40,621 bases of DNA from Campylobacteraceae bacterium (GTDB lineage Bacteria > Campylobacterota > Campylobacteria > Campylobacterales > Sulfurovaceae). The translations under genes were made by a program, and so were the position numbers. The notes below the pieces were generated by a model that saw nothing but the letters and a program-made list of their open reading frames with translations, ran no database searches and was not told the origin of the DNA. The DNA lies in assembly GCA_027079365.1 (NCBI GenBank), contig JALWVW010000325.1, positions 1 to 40,621 on the forward strand. The letters run 5' to 3'. Shown in pieces: positions 25,103-33,440 of this stretch; position 1 is the first letter of the stretch; every line of letters starts with the position of its first letter.

Positions 25103-27556
25103 GTGCACAGAAACTCTTTTGCAGTATACTTTTGTACCAAATTCCCTAAAAGACTAGCCGTGAACAGTATCAATGATTTTTTTTATACAGCCTGGAGTAG
25201 TGAGCCGGTATGTGCCATCTCCTCTGATCTCGAAGATAATCTTCTCAGTAGACTTCATGCGCAGGAGTATGATAGCTTTTGTGACAGGGCAGCCATGATA
25301 CTTTCGCTCTCCGCCTCCAATAGAGAGAAGTTTTTGCAGATTGCACCATTGGTGGAGAGTCTAAAGATTTTCTCTGAATATCCTAGTCAGAAGTTCGAGA
25401 GCACCGCAGAGATCTCTGCGGTGCAGTGTCGTTTGCTCTCCTATCTGATCAGTCAAGGCAACCCCATACTGAACAAGGCAATAGGGCAGAGGCTGGATGC
25501 ACTCCGAAAAGGCGGTGTCATAGGATATGATACTGCCAGAAAGCTTATCTCTATCCTGACACTTATTCCGGAGAAGCAAAAACAGAAGTCTCAGATACCC
25601 CAAATCCCTCTCGAGGATAGGGAAGTACATAGTGAAAAAGACAAAGATACGGTGCTGACATCCCAGGCGATAGCAGATGTGATGCTGTGGCTACAGGATG
25701 CCATAGAGATACCACAACTGAGGGAGAGACTAGCGAAGGTACCGGAGAAGATCAGGGCACAACGATTCTCTATCGGAGTGACAGGGGTAATGAATGCGGG
25801 AAAATCTACCATGCTTAATGCCTTGCTGGGTGAAGAGATCCTGGGGACAGCAGTGGTACCGGAAACTGCCAATCTAACACTTATCAAGTATGCATCAAAG
25901 CCCAAGGCAAAGGTGTATTTCTGGAGTGAGAAGGAGTGGCAGCAGATAGAGCGTAGCGCTGAGGTGCTGGCACCGATGCAGCACTTTGTAGAGCAGACAA
26001 GGGCACAGTTTGGCTCAGCATTGTCAGACTATATCACCCCAGAAGGCAGGGGAGAGGAGATAGCCGTAGAGGCACTTCCTTCCTATACCTCTGCCGCACA
26101 CTCTGAGGGGCGGTGTAATCTGGTCAAAAGTGTGGAGCTCTTCAGTGATCTGGCATGGGTGCAGGGGGGTGTGGAGATCGTAGATACACCGGGACTGGAT
26201 GATCCTGTCGTGCAGCGCGAAGAGATTACCAAGTCTTATCTGGCAGAGTGTGATCTGCTCTGTCATCTGATGAATGTGGGGCAGTCTGCGACGCAGAAGG
26301 ATGTGGAATTTATCATTGAGTCTCTGCTATACCGCAATGTAGCTCAGCTGCTGGTGGTAATCACCCGGATAGATATGGTGAGCGAAGAGGAGCTCTCTGA
26401 GGTGATCGCCTATACCAAGTCCAGTATCAAAGCCAGGCTGGAAGCACTGGAGCAGGGGGCGAGGTTTGATGCATTGGTGGCGCGCATTGTGTTTATTCCT
26501 ATTGCCGGAAAGATGGCACTGTGGCACCGTATAGGGCGGGCAGAGGAGGCACTGGCGCAGGGGTATGACCTGAATAAAAGTGGTATCGTGAAGATCGAAG
26601 CCTATCTCGATGAGGTGCTTTTCGGAGAGAACGCCCCCAAGGTAAGACTGATGATGGAGGCATCCCGCAAGGAGCTTCTGCAACTCATCCAGAGTCAGGA
26701 GAGGGCATACCGACAGGAGCAGAGACTCCTGAGCCAAAGTGCAGAAGAGATCGAAGCAGCCTATGTGCGCTATCAGGAGGAGCAGAAGCAGTCCCAAAAA
26801 GCAGACAAGAAGCTGCATCAGGAAATCGCACTCGCCAGGCATGAGCTGGAGAGCCACTTCGGACTGTTGCAAAAAGCCGCAAGCGAGAAGTTTCGCTCGC
26901 TTCAGAATCTGCTGACGAGACGGATCATGGATGATGTGCGTTATAGCCTAAGAAAAGAGAAGAAAAAGCCACTGCCCCAAAGGGTTGAAACGATGATTCA
27001 GACAGGGCTACAGGATGGATTGATCGACCTTTTGAGGGAATATCGCTATGGCTTCCAGAAGCGCATGAATCTGCTGCTGGAGAGAATGGCGAGAGAGTTT
27101 GAGGCTTTTTCGCAGACAGCAGAGGCGGAGACGCAGGAGAGCGCTAAGGCACTTTTTGAGAAGTACTTTGATCTGCTTTCGCTGACAGACTCTCATGCAG
27201 TACTGACTGCACAGACTAATCAAATAATCGCCAAGTCTTCTCCAAAGAGGTTGGAGGAATTGGAGGGACAGATACAGCAGGCATTTGCAGAGGCACTGGA
27301 GATTCTGGAAGAGAAGTTTCAGGCGCGCGTCACAGTACTCAATGGTGATCTGATTGAGGCATTTGAAATACGCTATAAGCAGCCACTGCTTAGGGCGGCC
27401 GAGGAGCGCGAAGCGCAGGAGAGCTTGTTGAAAAAATCTCTACAGAGAGTGCGAGAGAGCAGGTATGATGCCAGGGAGAGGATGCAACAGATAGAGAGAC
27501 AATTGATACTGCTTGCCCAGTCAGTAAGGCATCTGGATGCAGGAGGAGAGAGATGA
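25103..27556 (+). CDS. bacterial dynamin-like protein, DLP1-type (start codon uncertain)
   Basis: G1 GVTGVMNAGKST (25775-25810), G2 region PETANLT, G3 VDTPGLDD, G4 TRID, followed by a long E/Q/R/L-rich helical stalk. The listed start is GTG with no clear RBS; alternatives are GTG 25160 or a later ATG. Confidence 0.85.
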   Translation: MHRNSFAVYFCTKFPKRLAVNSINDFFYTAWSSEPVCAISSDLEDNLLSRLHAQEYDSFCDRAAMILSLSASNREKFLQIAPLVESLKIFSEYPSQKFESTAEISAVQCRLLSYLISQGNPILNKAIGQRLDALRKGGVIGYDTARKLISILTLIPEKQKQKSQIPQIPLEDREVHSEKDKDTVLTSQAIADVMLWLQDAIEIPQLRERLAKVPEKIRAQRFSIGVTGVMNAGKSTMLNALLGEEILGTAVVPETANLTLIKYASKPKAKVYFWSEKEWQQIERSAEVLAPMQHFVEQTRAQFGSALSDYITPEGRGEEIAVEALPSYTSAAHSEGRCNLVKSVELFSDLAWVQGGVEIVDTPGLDDPVVQREEITKSYLAECDLLCHLMNVGQSATQKDVEFIIESLLYRNVAQLLVVITRIDMVSEEELSEVIAYTKSSIKARLEALEQGARFDALVARIVFIPIAGKMALWHRIGRAEEALAQGYDLNKSGIVKIEAYLDEVLFGENAPKVRLMMEASRKELLQLIQSQERAYRQEQRLLSQSAEEIEAAYVRYQEEQKQSQKADKKLHQEIALARHELESHFGLLQKAASEKFRSLQNLLTRRIMDDVRYSLRKEKKKPLPQRVETMIQTGLQDGLIDLLREYRYGFQKRMNLLLERMAREFEAFSQTAEAETQESAKALFEKYFDLLSLTDSHAVLTAQTNQIIAKSSPKRLEELEGQIQQAFAEALEILEEKFQARVTVLNGDLIEAFEIRYKQPLLRAAEEREAQESLLKKSLQRVRESRYDARERMQQIERQLILLAQSVRHLDAGGER

Positions 27557-29565
27557 CACTGCTCGATCAGTTTATCGCTGCCTACCATGCAAAGTTTGCT
27601 GCGCCTGTTTCCCAGTTCGATACCACACTTTCAGGATGGGTAGAGAAGAGTAGTCATTTGCTGCTGGATGAGAAATTCTCTCCGCCCCCTGAGCTCAAAG
27701 GGAGACTTACGCAACTGTTAGCGCGTACCAAGGAACCCATGAAGGTAGCAGTCACAGGGCAGTTTTCCAGTGGTAAATCCACCTTTCTCAACGCACTGCT
27801 CTCCAAAAATGTACTGCCCACAGGGATCACACCGGTGACCTCCAAGGTCAACTACATCCGCTACGGTGATGCGTATAAGATGCGTATCCACTACAAGGAT
27901 GGAAGGGACGAATACCAGGATATCGCGCATATCGCCCGCTTCACAGATCAGCGTACTGAGGTAGAAGAAATCGCCTATCTGACACTCTATGCACCCCTTG
28001 AGTTACTCAAGGAGATCACCTTTGTTGATACGCCGGGGCTCAATTCCCAGGAAGAACGAGATACGACAGAGACACAAAAAGTCCTCCGAGAGGTGGACGG
28101 GATCATCTGGCTCTCACTGATAGACAATGCAGGCAAACTCAGTGAAGCACAAACGCTGGAGAAATATCTGGATCAGTATCAGGAGAAGTCTCTCTGCGTA
28201 TTGAACCAAAAAGACAAATTTACAGAGGCACAGGTTGCGCAGAGTGTCGCCTATGTGCAAGAGCATTTTGCTACATTCTTCTCTGAGGTCGTGCCTATCT
28301 CCGCCAAGCAGGCGCTGCTTGCACGAAGTCATGACAAGGTTCAGATGCTTGAGGAGAGCAAAGAAGCGTTTTTGTCCTCGCTGGATGAAAAGATCGACAG
28401 AGTAGAGCCTATGGAGATCCAGTCGGAGTATGAAAAATACCGCAAAAAAGTGCAAGAGATCCGCTCCGGTGACCTCTCTCAAAATAGTGTATTGCTTGAA
28501 GCCTCTAATATACAACGCGTCCTCTCCTTTATAGAGACACAGATCAGGCCAGTCGCTGACTCTGCCAAGGTATTTTCTATCAAGCGTGAAGTGGTGCAGA
28601 TTTGTACAGAGATCATCAGTCAACACCAGCTTTTTTTGCGTATCTATGACGAGCTCTCTATGCAGCTTCAGGCATTTGAAGAGGAAGCAGAGGAGGCGTT
28701 TGCACAGCTCAAGCAGCAGTTTGGTAAAAAACTTCAGGATGCTTATGCGCAGATAGAGGCGATGATCGCTGTGATTGCTGAGGATATCTATACCCATATC
28801 CATACAGTGGATCGTACACGCTATGTACCCAAAAAGAGTGGCATACTTAAAAAAGAGATACTGTATGAGGCCATATCTTACCAGCGTGCCAAAATTGACG
28901 CAGACCGGGTTTACAAGCATCTCTTTTATGAAGATGATGTGGTGGGTAAGCGCTTCAAGCACTATGTCAGAGGCCTCAAAGAGATCCAGCACGAGGTCAA
29001 TCAGCACAATGCCGAGGTCTACGAGATGCTCAAAAGACGAATACGCCAGTGGCAAACCCCTTATGAGCTTCTGCGCAAGCAGAATCCTGTGCACTCCTAT
29101 ATCGAGTTTGCTAATATCCGGAAGTTTGCCTCCAAGGCCTATGAGCATATACTCAAACCTTTTTCTGATGAGATTCATAGCTCTTATGCCCAGATCAGCT
29201 CGGAATTCAACCATCTTAGCTCTGCGGTACACTTCAACTATCAGAATGCCACGCAGGTGACTGTCGCCTTTTTGGAGCAGAAGATCGAGCAGTCAGCGAG
29301 CCTGTATGAGCAGGATCCGGCACGCTTCACCTGCTATACGCCCAAGCTTGAGGAGATCAAAGAGCGATTGGGGAGCAACTTTCATCTTTACGAGTTGCAG
29401 AATATGATGCAGGGGAACACAACCTTTTTGAGTAAAAATTATGATACACTCATGCGAGAATTTAAAGCGATCAAGCAGGAGAGGGAGTCCTTCATACAGC
29501 AGAGAAAAGTGCGACATGAAAAGACAATCGCCCTGCTTGAAGCGCATATCAAGGAACTAGGCTAG
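27553..29565 (+). CDS. bacterial dynamin-like protein, DLP2-type
   Basis: G1 GQFSSGKST (27757-27783), TPVTSKV, G3 VDTPGLNS, G4 NQKD, and a helical stalk. The start overlaps the DLP1 stop (ATGA). Confidence 0.9.
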   Translation: MTLLDQFIAAYHAKFAAPVSQFDTTLSGWVEKSSHLLLDEKFSPPPELKGRLTQLLARTKEPMKVAVTGQFSSGKSTFLNALLSKNVLPTGITPVTSKVNYIRYGDAYKMRIHYKDGRDEYQDIAHIARFTDQRTEVEEIAYLTLYAPLELLKEITFVDTPGLNSQEERDTTETQKVLREVDGIIWLSLIDNAGKLSEAQTLEKYLDQYQEKSLCVLNQKDKFTEAQVAQSVAYVQEHFATFFSEVVPISAKQALLARSHDKVQMLEESKEAFLSSLDEKIDRVEPMEIQSEYEKYRKKVQEIRSGDLSQNSVLLEASNIQRVLSFIETQIRPVADSAKVFSIKREVVQICTEIISQHQLFLRIYDELSMQLQAFEEEAEEAFAQLKQQFGKKLQDAYAQIEAMIAVIAEDIYTHIHTVDRTRYVPKKSGILKKEILYEAISYQRAKIDADRVYKHLFYEDDVVGKRFKHYVRGLKEIQHEVNQHNAEVYEMLKRRIRQWQTPYELLRKQNPVHSYIEFANIRKFASKAYEHILKPFSDEIHSSYAQISSEFNHLSSAVHFNYQNATQVTVAFLEQKIEQSASLYEQDPARFTCYTPKLEEIKERLGSNFHLYELQNMMQGNTTFLSKNYDTLMREFKAIKQERESFIQQRKVRHEKTIALLEAHIKELG

Positions 29566-30528
29566 ATGTTAAAAAGTTTTTTTTGGGTAAAAGAGTGGGC
29601 TCTGTGGGCTTGGGGTGGCGCACTGCTGCTGACAGCAATGATCTGGACACAGGTAGAACTGACAGTCAAGCTCAATGAATGGTACGGCAGGTTTTACAAT
29701 ATTCTCCAAAAAGCGGAGGATATCGATGCTTTTTGGAGAAGTATGCAGGAGTTTGCCTATATTGCCCTTTCGCTGATCGCACTGGCAGTAGCGATCTACT
29801 ATTTTACGCAGCACTATGCTTTTCGCTGGCGTGAGGCAATCACCTATTACTATCTGCCGCTTTGGGAGGCTCAGGAGGGCAATATCGAAGGCTCCTCCCA
29901 GCGTATCCAGGAGGATACCTACAGCTTTTCTCGCAGTCTGGAGAGTCTGGGGTTGGGGATGTTCCGTGCGATTCTGACCCTGATCGCCTTTATCCCTATC
30001 CTCTGGGAACTTTCCAAGAAGATCACGATCCCCTGGCTGCAGGTCTATGAGGGCTCACTGGTCTGGATCGCACTGTTGACCTCGCTTGGTGGGATGCTGG
30101 CCTCTTATCTGGTAGGCATCAAGCTACCAGGGTTGGAGTACGAGAATCAAAAGGTAGAAGCCGCCTATCGAAAGAAGCTGGTCTATGGAGAGGATGAGGG
30201 CGTGCACCGGGATTTGCCAACACTCTTCGAGCTCTTTACCGGACTCAAGCGAAACTATTTTCGCATGTTCAACCACTATTCCTACTTTACCCTCTGGAGT
30301 GCGATGTATGGACAGGTGATGATCATCGTACCATACTTACTGATGGGGCCTTCGCTTTTTGCTGGTGTGGTAGCATTGGGAGTCGTCACACAGACTGGTA
30401 ATGCCTTTGGCAAGGTCAATGACAGCTTCTCTTATCTTATTGATCATTGGACAGAGATTACCAAGTTTATTTCTGTTATCAAGAGACTGAAGGAGTTTGA
30501 AGGACATCTTCTTGTGGAAGAAGCCTAG
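29566..30528 (+). CDS. SbmA/BacA-like inner-membrane protein (short, 320 aa)
   Basis: Compared with E. coli SbmA as I recall it, there are long matches: [12 protein letters not shown] vs [23 protein letters not shown] vs [23 protein letters not shown] vs IEGAAQRVQEDT, and [28 protein letters not shown] vs [28 protein letters not shown]. The ATG immediately follows the DLP2 TAG. Confidence 0.85.
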   Translation: [320 protein letters not shown]

Positions 30529-30552
30529 ATCGGTCTTTAAGGATACCCTTTA

Positions 30553-30574
30553 TTTCATTTTCATTTCATTTTCA
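30553..30574 (+). promoter_or_regulatory. two perfect tandem 11-bp repeats TTTCATTTTCA upstream of the cytochrome c operon
   Basis: Units lie at 30553-30563 and 30564-30574, ending 40 nt before ATG 30614. The same core TCATTTTCA recurs three times at 33371-33403. The 11-bp period is typical of OmpR/PhoB-family binding sites. Confidence 0.55.
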
Positions 30575-30613
30575 TCTTCTATACTTCGGACACCACAACA
30601 TAAAGGAAAGAAA

Positions 30614-30916
30614 ATGAAAAAGATTATTTTTGGTCTAGGAATGAGTCTCGTAGGTGTGTCATTGATGGCATCAAGTGGTGAGCAGTTGGCACAAAAGTGT
30701 GTGGCTTGTCATGGCAGTGATTTTGCCAAAGCACCACTGGGTGAGACAAGACATGTCGTGAGTAAGGACAGCAAAGCAAAAATCATCAAAATGCTCAAGT
30801 ACTATAAGCACCCGGAAGAAGCAGATGAAAAGGTCATGCAGACACAAATCATGAATTACAGTGATGAAGATATCACAAAGGTGGCAGAATATATCGTCAA
30901 ACTTCGTAAAAAATAG
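30614..30916 (+). CDS. small periplasmic class I cytochrome c (c553-like)
   Basis: I prefer ATG 30614 (AAAGGAAAG RBS). It has a signal peptide MKKIIFGLGMSLVGVSLMA, a single CVACH haem site, a distal Met region VMQTQIM, and totals 100 aa. Confidence 0.88.
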   Translation: MKKIIFGLGMSLVGVSLMASSGEQLAQKCVACHGSDFAKAPLGETRHVVSKDSKAKIIKMLKYYKHPEEADEKVMQTQIMNYSDEDITKVAEYIVKLRKK

Positions 30917-30930
30917 CCAAAAGGAAAAGA

Positions 30931-31356
30931 ATGAAGGTGAAAATTGTTGTAGCAGGCATCATTATATTTGGATTGATGCAGTTGGTGCCTTATGGACGTG
31001 ACCACAATAACCCACCAGTGGTCAGTGAAGTGCACTGGGATACACCTCAAACCAAAGTACTGTTTACTAAGGCCTGTGCAGATTGTCATAGCAATCTGAC
31101 CAAATGGCCCAGCTATAGCAGTGTGGCACCAGTTTCATGGCTTGTTACGCATGATGTGGATGAGGGTAGAGAGCATTTAAATGTCTCTGCGTGGGGCAAA
31201 CAGAAGAAAAACAAAGGAAAAGATGCCGCTGAAGAGGTGAAAGAGGGCGAAATGCCACCGGCGATCTATACAGTGATGCATCCAGAAGCGAAGCTCAGTG
31301 ACCAAGAAAAGGCTGCATTGGTAAGAGGGCTCAAAGCAACTTTTGGAGAAGATTGA
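30931..31356 (+). CDS. haem-binding-domain (Haem_bd family) membrane-anchored protein
   Basis: N-terminal TM, then CADCHSNLTKWPSYSSVAPVSWLVTHDVDEGREHLNVSAW ... EGEMPPAIYTVMHPEAKLSDQEKAAL. This is the characteristic pattern of that family. Confidence 0.8.
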   Translation: MKVKIVVAGIIIFGLMQLVPYGRDHNNPPVVSEVHWDTPQTKVLFTKACADCHSNLTKWPSYSSVAPVSWLVTHDVDEGREHLNVSAWGKQKKNKGKDAAEEVKEGEMPPAIYTVMHPEAKLSDQEKAALVRGLKATFGED

Positions 31357-31385
31357 CTAGTTATAGATTCAGAAGAGGAACAGCA

Positions 31386-32042
31386 ATGAAGCTACTTATC
31401 GTAGAGGATGATCAGGCTATTCTCACCTTTCTCAAAAGAGGATTCAGCGAGGATGGCCATGTCGTAGATACAGCAGAAAATGGCGCAGATGGTGAGTATC
31501 TGGCAATGATGTACTCTTATGATGTGATTGTTTTGGACTGGATGCTTCCGGAGAAAACAGGTATCCAGATGATAGAAGCGCTCAGGAGCGAACAGATACA
31601 GACTCCAGTGATCCTCTTGACAGCCAAAGGTGAAATAGAGGATAAGATAGAAGGCTTGCGTGGAGGTGCGGATGACTATCTCGTCAAGCCTTTTTCCTAT
31701 GCAGAGCTTTTGGCTCGTGTGGAAGCCTTGCATCGTAGAGTGACCTCTGATGGTAGTAATGTAATGACTCTGGGTGATGTGACCGTTGACACCTATGCCA
31801 AAACAGTTTCACTACAGGGGCAAGTGCTTTCCATGACAAAAAAAGAGTATGAGCTGCTGCTGTTCTTGATGCAGCACAAGGATCGTATCGTATCCAGTCG
31901 TATGATCGAAGAGCAGTTGTGGAGTCAGGAGTCTTATATCAACAGTAATGTCATACAGGTCACCATCTACACTCTTAGAAAAAAAGTTGGCAAAGAGAAG
32001 ATCAAAAGCTACCGTGGTATGGGATATAAATTTGAAGTATAG
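31386..32042 (+). CDS. OmpR-family response regulator, CusR/CopR-like
   Basis: MKLLIVEDDQ..., VIVLDWMLPEKTG, VILLTAKG, GADDYLVKPFSYAELLARVEAL, and winged helix LTKKEYELLLFLMQH...YTLRKKV...GMGYKF. I prefer ATG 31386 over the track's TTG 31353. Confidence 0.9.
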   Translation: MKLLIVEDDQAILTFLKRGFSEDGHVVDTAENGADGEYLAMMYSYDVIVLDWMLPEKTGIQMIEALRSEQIQTPVILLTAKGEIEDKIEGLRGGADDYLVKPFSYAELLARVEALHRRVTSDGSNVMTLGDVTVDTYAKTVSLQGQVLSMTKKEYELLLFLMQHKDRIVSSRMIEEQLWSQESYINSNVIQVTIYTLRKKVGKEKIKSYRGMGYKFEV

Positions 32043-33360
32043 AAGTATCAAAAGAGAAGTTTTAGTATGGTTTGGTATGATACTGTTTGCCGTGCTTCTG
32101 TTTTTCGGTCTGCTTTTTTACTATTTTTTCAACCAAGGCGTCTCTCGCTCACTGCTCAATGATATGCATGCCAAGGCGGAGTATATCAAAGTAGCAGTGC
32201 TTCCCTATCTCAACACGCCTGAAAAAATAGATGCACATGCTGTTCACTATGCCTATGCTATTCTCAAAAAAGGGCAGATTCTTTATCAAACCGATGATTT
32301 TCATGTCGACGAGATAGATACGCTCCAAGAAGATGATAAACTTGTCTTCAGGACAGATGAGGGATATCAAAATGCTATCTATGTCATGGAAGTTGACAAG
32401 CCGATCCAAGCCTATATCGTGGTAGTTGCGTACCACATCGATGATGAGATGGAAGATATCGTAGACCTGCTTCTATGGATTATCCCGATACTTTTTTTGC
32501 TGCTCCTCTGGGTGGCTTCACGCTTGATCGACAAAGTACTTACGCCAGTCAAAGCACTCTCTTCTCAGGCAAGCCATATTCATGTCGATCGCCTGGTAGC
32601 TTCGCTGGATGAGGGATCAGAGTATAAGGAGACGGCAGAACTCAACAGGACTTTTAATGCCATGATAGTACGGCTAGAGCAGGGAGTATCACAGCTCAAC
32701 CGTTTTAACAGTGATGTCTCGCACGAGCTGAGAACCCCTCTGACTGCCATCAGAGGGGAGATAGAGACTGTCTTGAGGCATCCTCGGGACGAAGCCTATT
32801 ATCGTAAGAGCATGGAGAGCATCCTCTACGAGACAGGGCAGATAGAGGCGATTGTAGAGAATTTACTGGCTTTAAGTAGGTATGACAAAGAGAGTTTCTC
32901 TCAAAGCTACGAGGCAGTAGAGCTCTCATCGTTGCTTCTGGGTGTACTGGAGCAATATGCACAGAAAATAGGAGAGAAAGAGATCAAGGTGGACATCAGA
33001 TGTTTGGAGCCGATAGTATATACCTGCAACAAGCATCTTGTCGCTACTGTATTTTCCAATTTGTTGGATAATGCATTGAAATACTCCCCTGATAAGTGCA
33101 CGGTAAGACTCTCTCTTTGCATGGAAGCGGAGAAGCCTGTCTTTAGTATTGAAGATGAGGGGAGCGGCATCCCTGAGGAGGATCTAGAGAGGATCACGGA
33201 GCGCTTTTACAGAGTTGATCAGTCGCGTACACGCCAGATCAAAGGATTTGGACTAGGGCTCTCTATCGTCAAAAATATTCTTGATCTGCATGGTGCTCTT
33301 CTGGATATCAGATCAGAGGTAGATAGAGGCACGATGGTGCGTGTGGTATTTCCAAAATAG
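32032..33360 (+). CDS. sensor histidine kinase (two TM, periplasmic loop, HAMP, HisKA, HATPase), CusS-like
   Basis: H-box FNSDVSHELRTPLTAIRGEIE, N-box VFSNLLDNALKYSP, G-boxes DEGSGIPEEDL and GFGLGLSIVKNI. The start is uncertain: I chose in-frame TTG 32032, which overlaps the regulator stop by 11 nt. The ORF is open from 31948. Confidence 0.85.
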   Translation: MKYRSIKREVLVWFGMILFAVLLFFGLLFYYFFNQGVSRSLLNDMHAKAEYIKVAVLPYLNTPEKIDAHAVHYAYAILKKGQILYQTDDFHVDEIDTLQEDDKLVFRTDEGYQNAIYVMEVDKPIQAYIVVVAYHIDDEMEDIVDLLLWIIPILFLLLLWVASRLIDKVLTPVKALSSQASHIHVDRLVASLDEGSEYKETAELNRTFNAMIVRLEQGVSQLNRFNSDVSHELRTPLTAIRGEIETVLRHPRDEAYYRKSMESILYETGQIEAIVENLLALSRYDKESFSQSYEAVELSSLLLGVLEQYAQKIGEKEIKVDIRCLEPIVYTCNKHLVATVFSNLLDNALKYSPDKCTVRLSLCMEAEKPVFSIEDEGSGIPEEDLERITERFYRVDQSRTRQIKGFGLGLSIVKNILDLHGALLDIRSEVDRGTMVRVVFPK

Positions 33361-33370
33361 TCATCTTGGA

Positions 33371-33403
33371 TTTCATTTTCAAATCATTTTCAATTCATTT
33401 TCA
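33371..33403 (+). promoter_or_regulatory. three tandem 11-bp repeats (TTTCATTTTCA / AATCATTTTCA / ATTCATTTTCA) upstream of the multihaem cytochrome gene
   Basis: The array starts 11 nt after the kinase stop and ends 37 nt before ATG 33441. It shares its core with 30553-30574. Confidence 0.55.
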
Positions 33404-33440
33404 GAAGTTAGAATATCCTATCTGATAGAAGGAGATGAAA

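Noticed and set aside
28114-29232. Long 372-aa minus-strand ORF inside the DLP2 gene (and 181 aa at 26327-26872 inside DLP1)
   Set aside because: The Leu-rich product is what is expected from the antisense of an E/K/Q-rich coiled-coil stalk (GAG/AAG/CAG read as CTC/CTT/CTG). It has no RBS and no recognisable motifs. The sense frame carries complete dynamin G1-G4 motifs.
25103-29565. Calling the dynamin pair outright an Eleos/Leo anti-phage defence system
   Set aside because: A tandem DLP1/DLP2 pair appears to be a conserved housekeeping feature in Campylobacter-type genomes. No other defence genes or mobile-element hallmarks flank it. It is kept only as an alternative hypothesis in the findings.
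30553-33403. Short tandem 11-bp repeats considered as a CRISPR array or mini-satellite
   Set aside because: There are only 2-3 contiguous units with no spacers and no cas genes. Their position just upstream of two start codons fits regulator binding sites instead.
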